From the NCBI GenBank assembly GCA_011109175.1, contig RDEW01000007.1, positions 867,712 through 900,711 of the forward strand: DNA of 33,000 nucleotides. Reading direction: 5' to 3'. This DNA comes from Dicyema japonicum. Lineage: Eukaryota; Animalia; Dicyemida. Position 1 is the stretch's first letter. Each line of letters starts with the position of its first letter. Positions 31,701 to 33,000 of this stretch are shown one piece after another. The position numbers and the translations under genes were made by a program. A model generated the notes under the pieces. That model was not told the origin of the DNA. It saw nothing but the letters and a program-made list of their open reading frames with translations, and made no database searches.

Positions 31701-33000
31701 AGGGCGGACATTTTATATAAAGCTCTCTCAAAGTTTTCGAAACTCCTTATTTTGACGGCCTGGTCGAAGTGATCGTTAAGTTCTGCGAAAATAAGGGACT
31801 TATCTTTCATCCCAGCAAGTACTTTGACCTAATCAAATCGATAATCATAAGACCTCATTGAAGAAAGCCACCCGACGTTGTAATATGGAAATGAATGAGA
31901 AATACTGATGCTCAATCACATGCACTGCCGTCGATTTGAAGTTTTGTACGTCATTTGAGTAGGAATGGGCCAGGGACTGAATTAGCAGTGATATAGTTGG
32001 ATTGGAGTACTTCTCAGCCCTGTCAATTAATATTGCTGCTTTGTGTTAATACACTTACAATTAAGTTCGATTTAGTTCGTCCGGGAGCAAATTTTATGGC
32101 CTCGTTCAGCATCTCTGTGCATCGTGAATGGAAAATAGTCGCCGATTCCTGCAATTTTCTGTCAAAACAACCTTCCTCTCTGCCAGGGTTTCTTTCAACT
32201 CCAAAACGGAATCCGTTCCCTCGACAGGTATACTATCAGAGATATAATGCCCATCGAAATTCGTAAGAAGGTGAAAAATGTCCAGTAACGTTACCAATAC
32301 GTTCCGATTCCATAGTATGTGGGGGACTCTGCAAAATGGTAAACTTTCAAAACTTGTCCACAAGATCGGATAGATGGGTATCAGCCAGTCCGCAGATAAA
32401 CTTCTCCTCCGAGTTAAATTTTACCAACAGAAATTTAGCAATTTCTTCTGCATCCCTCTCCTTGTCCCCATTAATCTAGAAATGAGTAAAAGACAACCAA
32501 TAAGTTAAGACAGTTGGAAAAAAATATATTCGCCATGGTTTTCACACATTGGTGGATTCCTGTAATATTTAACCACTTCAACCGAGTTTATCTTTTAAAA
32601 AGTGTTTGTCCTCCAAATAGTTGTAAATATGATAGACTGCCCGCGAAAGGTCAGAACAGTTAAGAGTTCTAAGATTTTCGAGAGCAAAAATAGCATTTAG
32701 GTACGAGCACTGAGGTACATCCAGTCTATTCACGACTGAGCTGTCTGTATTGTCCAAAATAGACAGCAGTCGATTGCGGAAGATAACCACATCCCCCTAT
32801 TATAATCTAGCAATTGTCACAGTCATTTGAGACAGTGAGTTACGAGTGGCTATTCCATACCGTTCCTTCAGAATATAGTCAGACGAGGAGAGTGGAGGAG
32901 AACCACAGGCAACAATGCGAATAGCAGAATAACTATCCCCCGACCACGAGTCACCTTAATGTGAGATATAAAGTTACAAATTTCATTCGAATGAAACCCC
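28712..33000 (-). CDS. PI4KA: Phosphatidylinositol 4-kinase type III alpha, 3' portion (5' end outside window), ~26 micro-introns, one apparent 1-nt deletion near 32029
   Basis: Spliced translation gives [126 protein letters not shown] and the C-terminal [13 protein letters not shown]. Confidence 0.95.

Noticed and set aside
1501-32266. Most ORF-track entries antisense to or out of frame with the six genes (e.g. 1501-1764, 2005-2355, 13442-13717, 31997-32266)
   Set aside because: Shadow ORFs of real coding exons or TE relics, with no independent motifs.
7479-33000. Alternative genetic code (stop reassignment) to explain broken ORFs
   Set aside because: In-frame stops fall within removable micro-introns, frame changes need non-3n excisions, and genes end in TAA or TGA.

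Overview
AT-rich eukaryotic, almost certainly animal, nuclear DNA using the standard genetic code. The ORF track looks fragmented because every host gene is interrupted by extremely short spliceosomal introns. I reconstructed by hand 64 introns of 20-27 nt (mode 22) in six genes: a talin head-only FERM protein (815-2330, -), HemK2/N6AMT1 (7479-8224, +), an S28 Pro-X carboxypeptidase (12177-13745, +), a very divergent short tropomyosin (23068-23955, +), mitochondrial-type methionyl-tRNA synthetase (24353-26156, +) and the 3' part of PI4-kinase alpha (28712 to beyond 33000, -). Between the genes is a dense graveyard of decayed transposons: Tigger/pogo, a TA-flanked MITE, and RTE-, CRE- and I/Jockey-like LINE fragments. 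Main points of interest: (1) micro-introns with almost no donor consensus beyond GT (GTT is the commonest donor) and signs of length-constrained acceptor choice; (2) a talin gene with the full F0-F3 head but no rod; (3) exon lengths conserved in a tropomyosin whose protein sequence is barely recognisable; (4) one GT-TG intron and two 1-nt frameshifts in otherwise intact genes, most likely assembly errors; (5) two long hairpins and a structured-RNA candidate. Micro-introns in an animal genome suggest a reduced parasite such as a dicyemid or myxozoan; this is inference only. All gene models are manual and have no transcript support.
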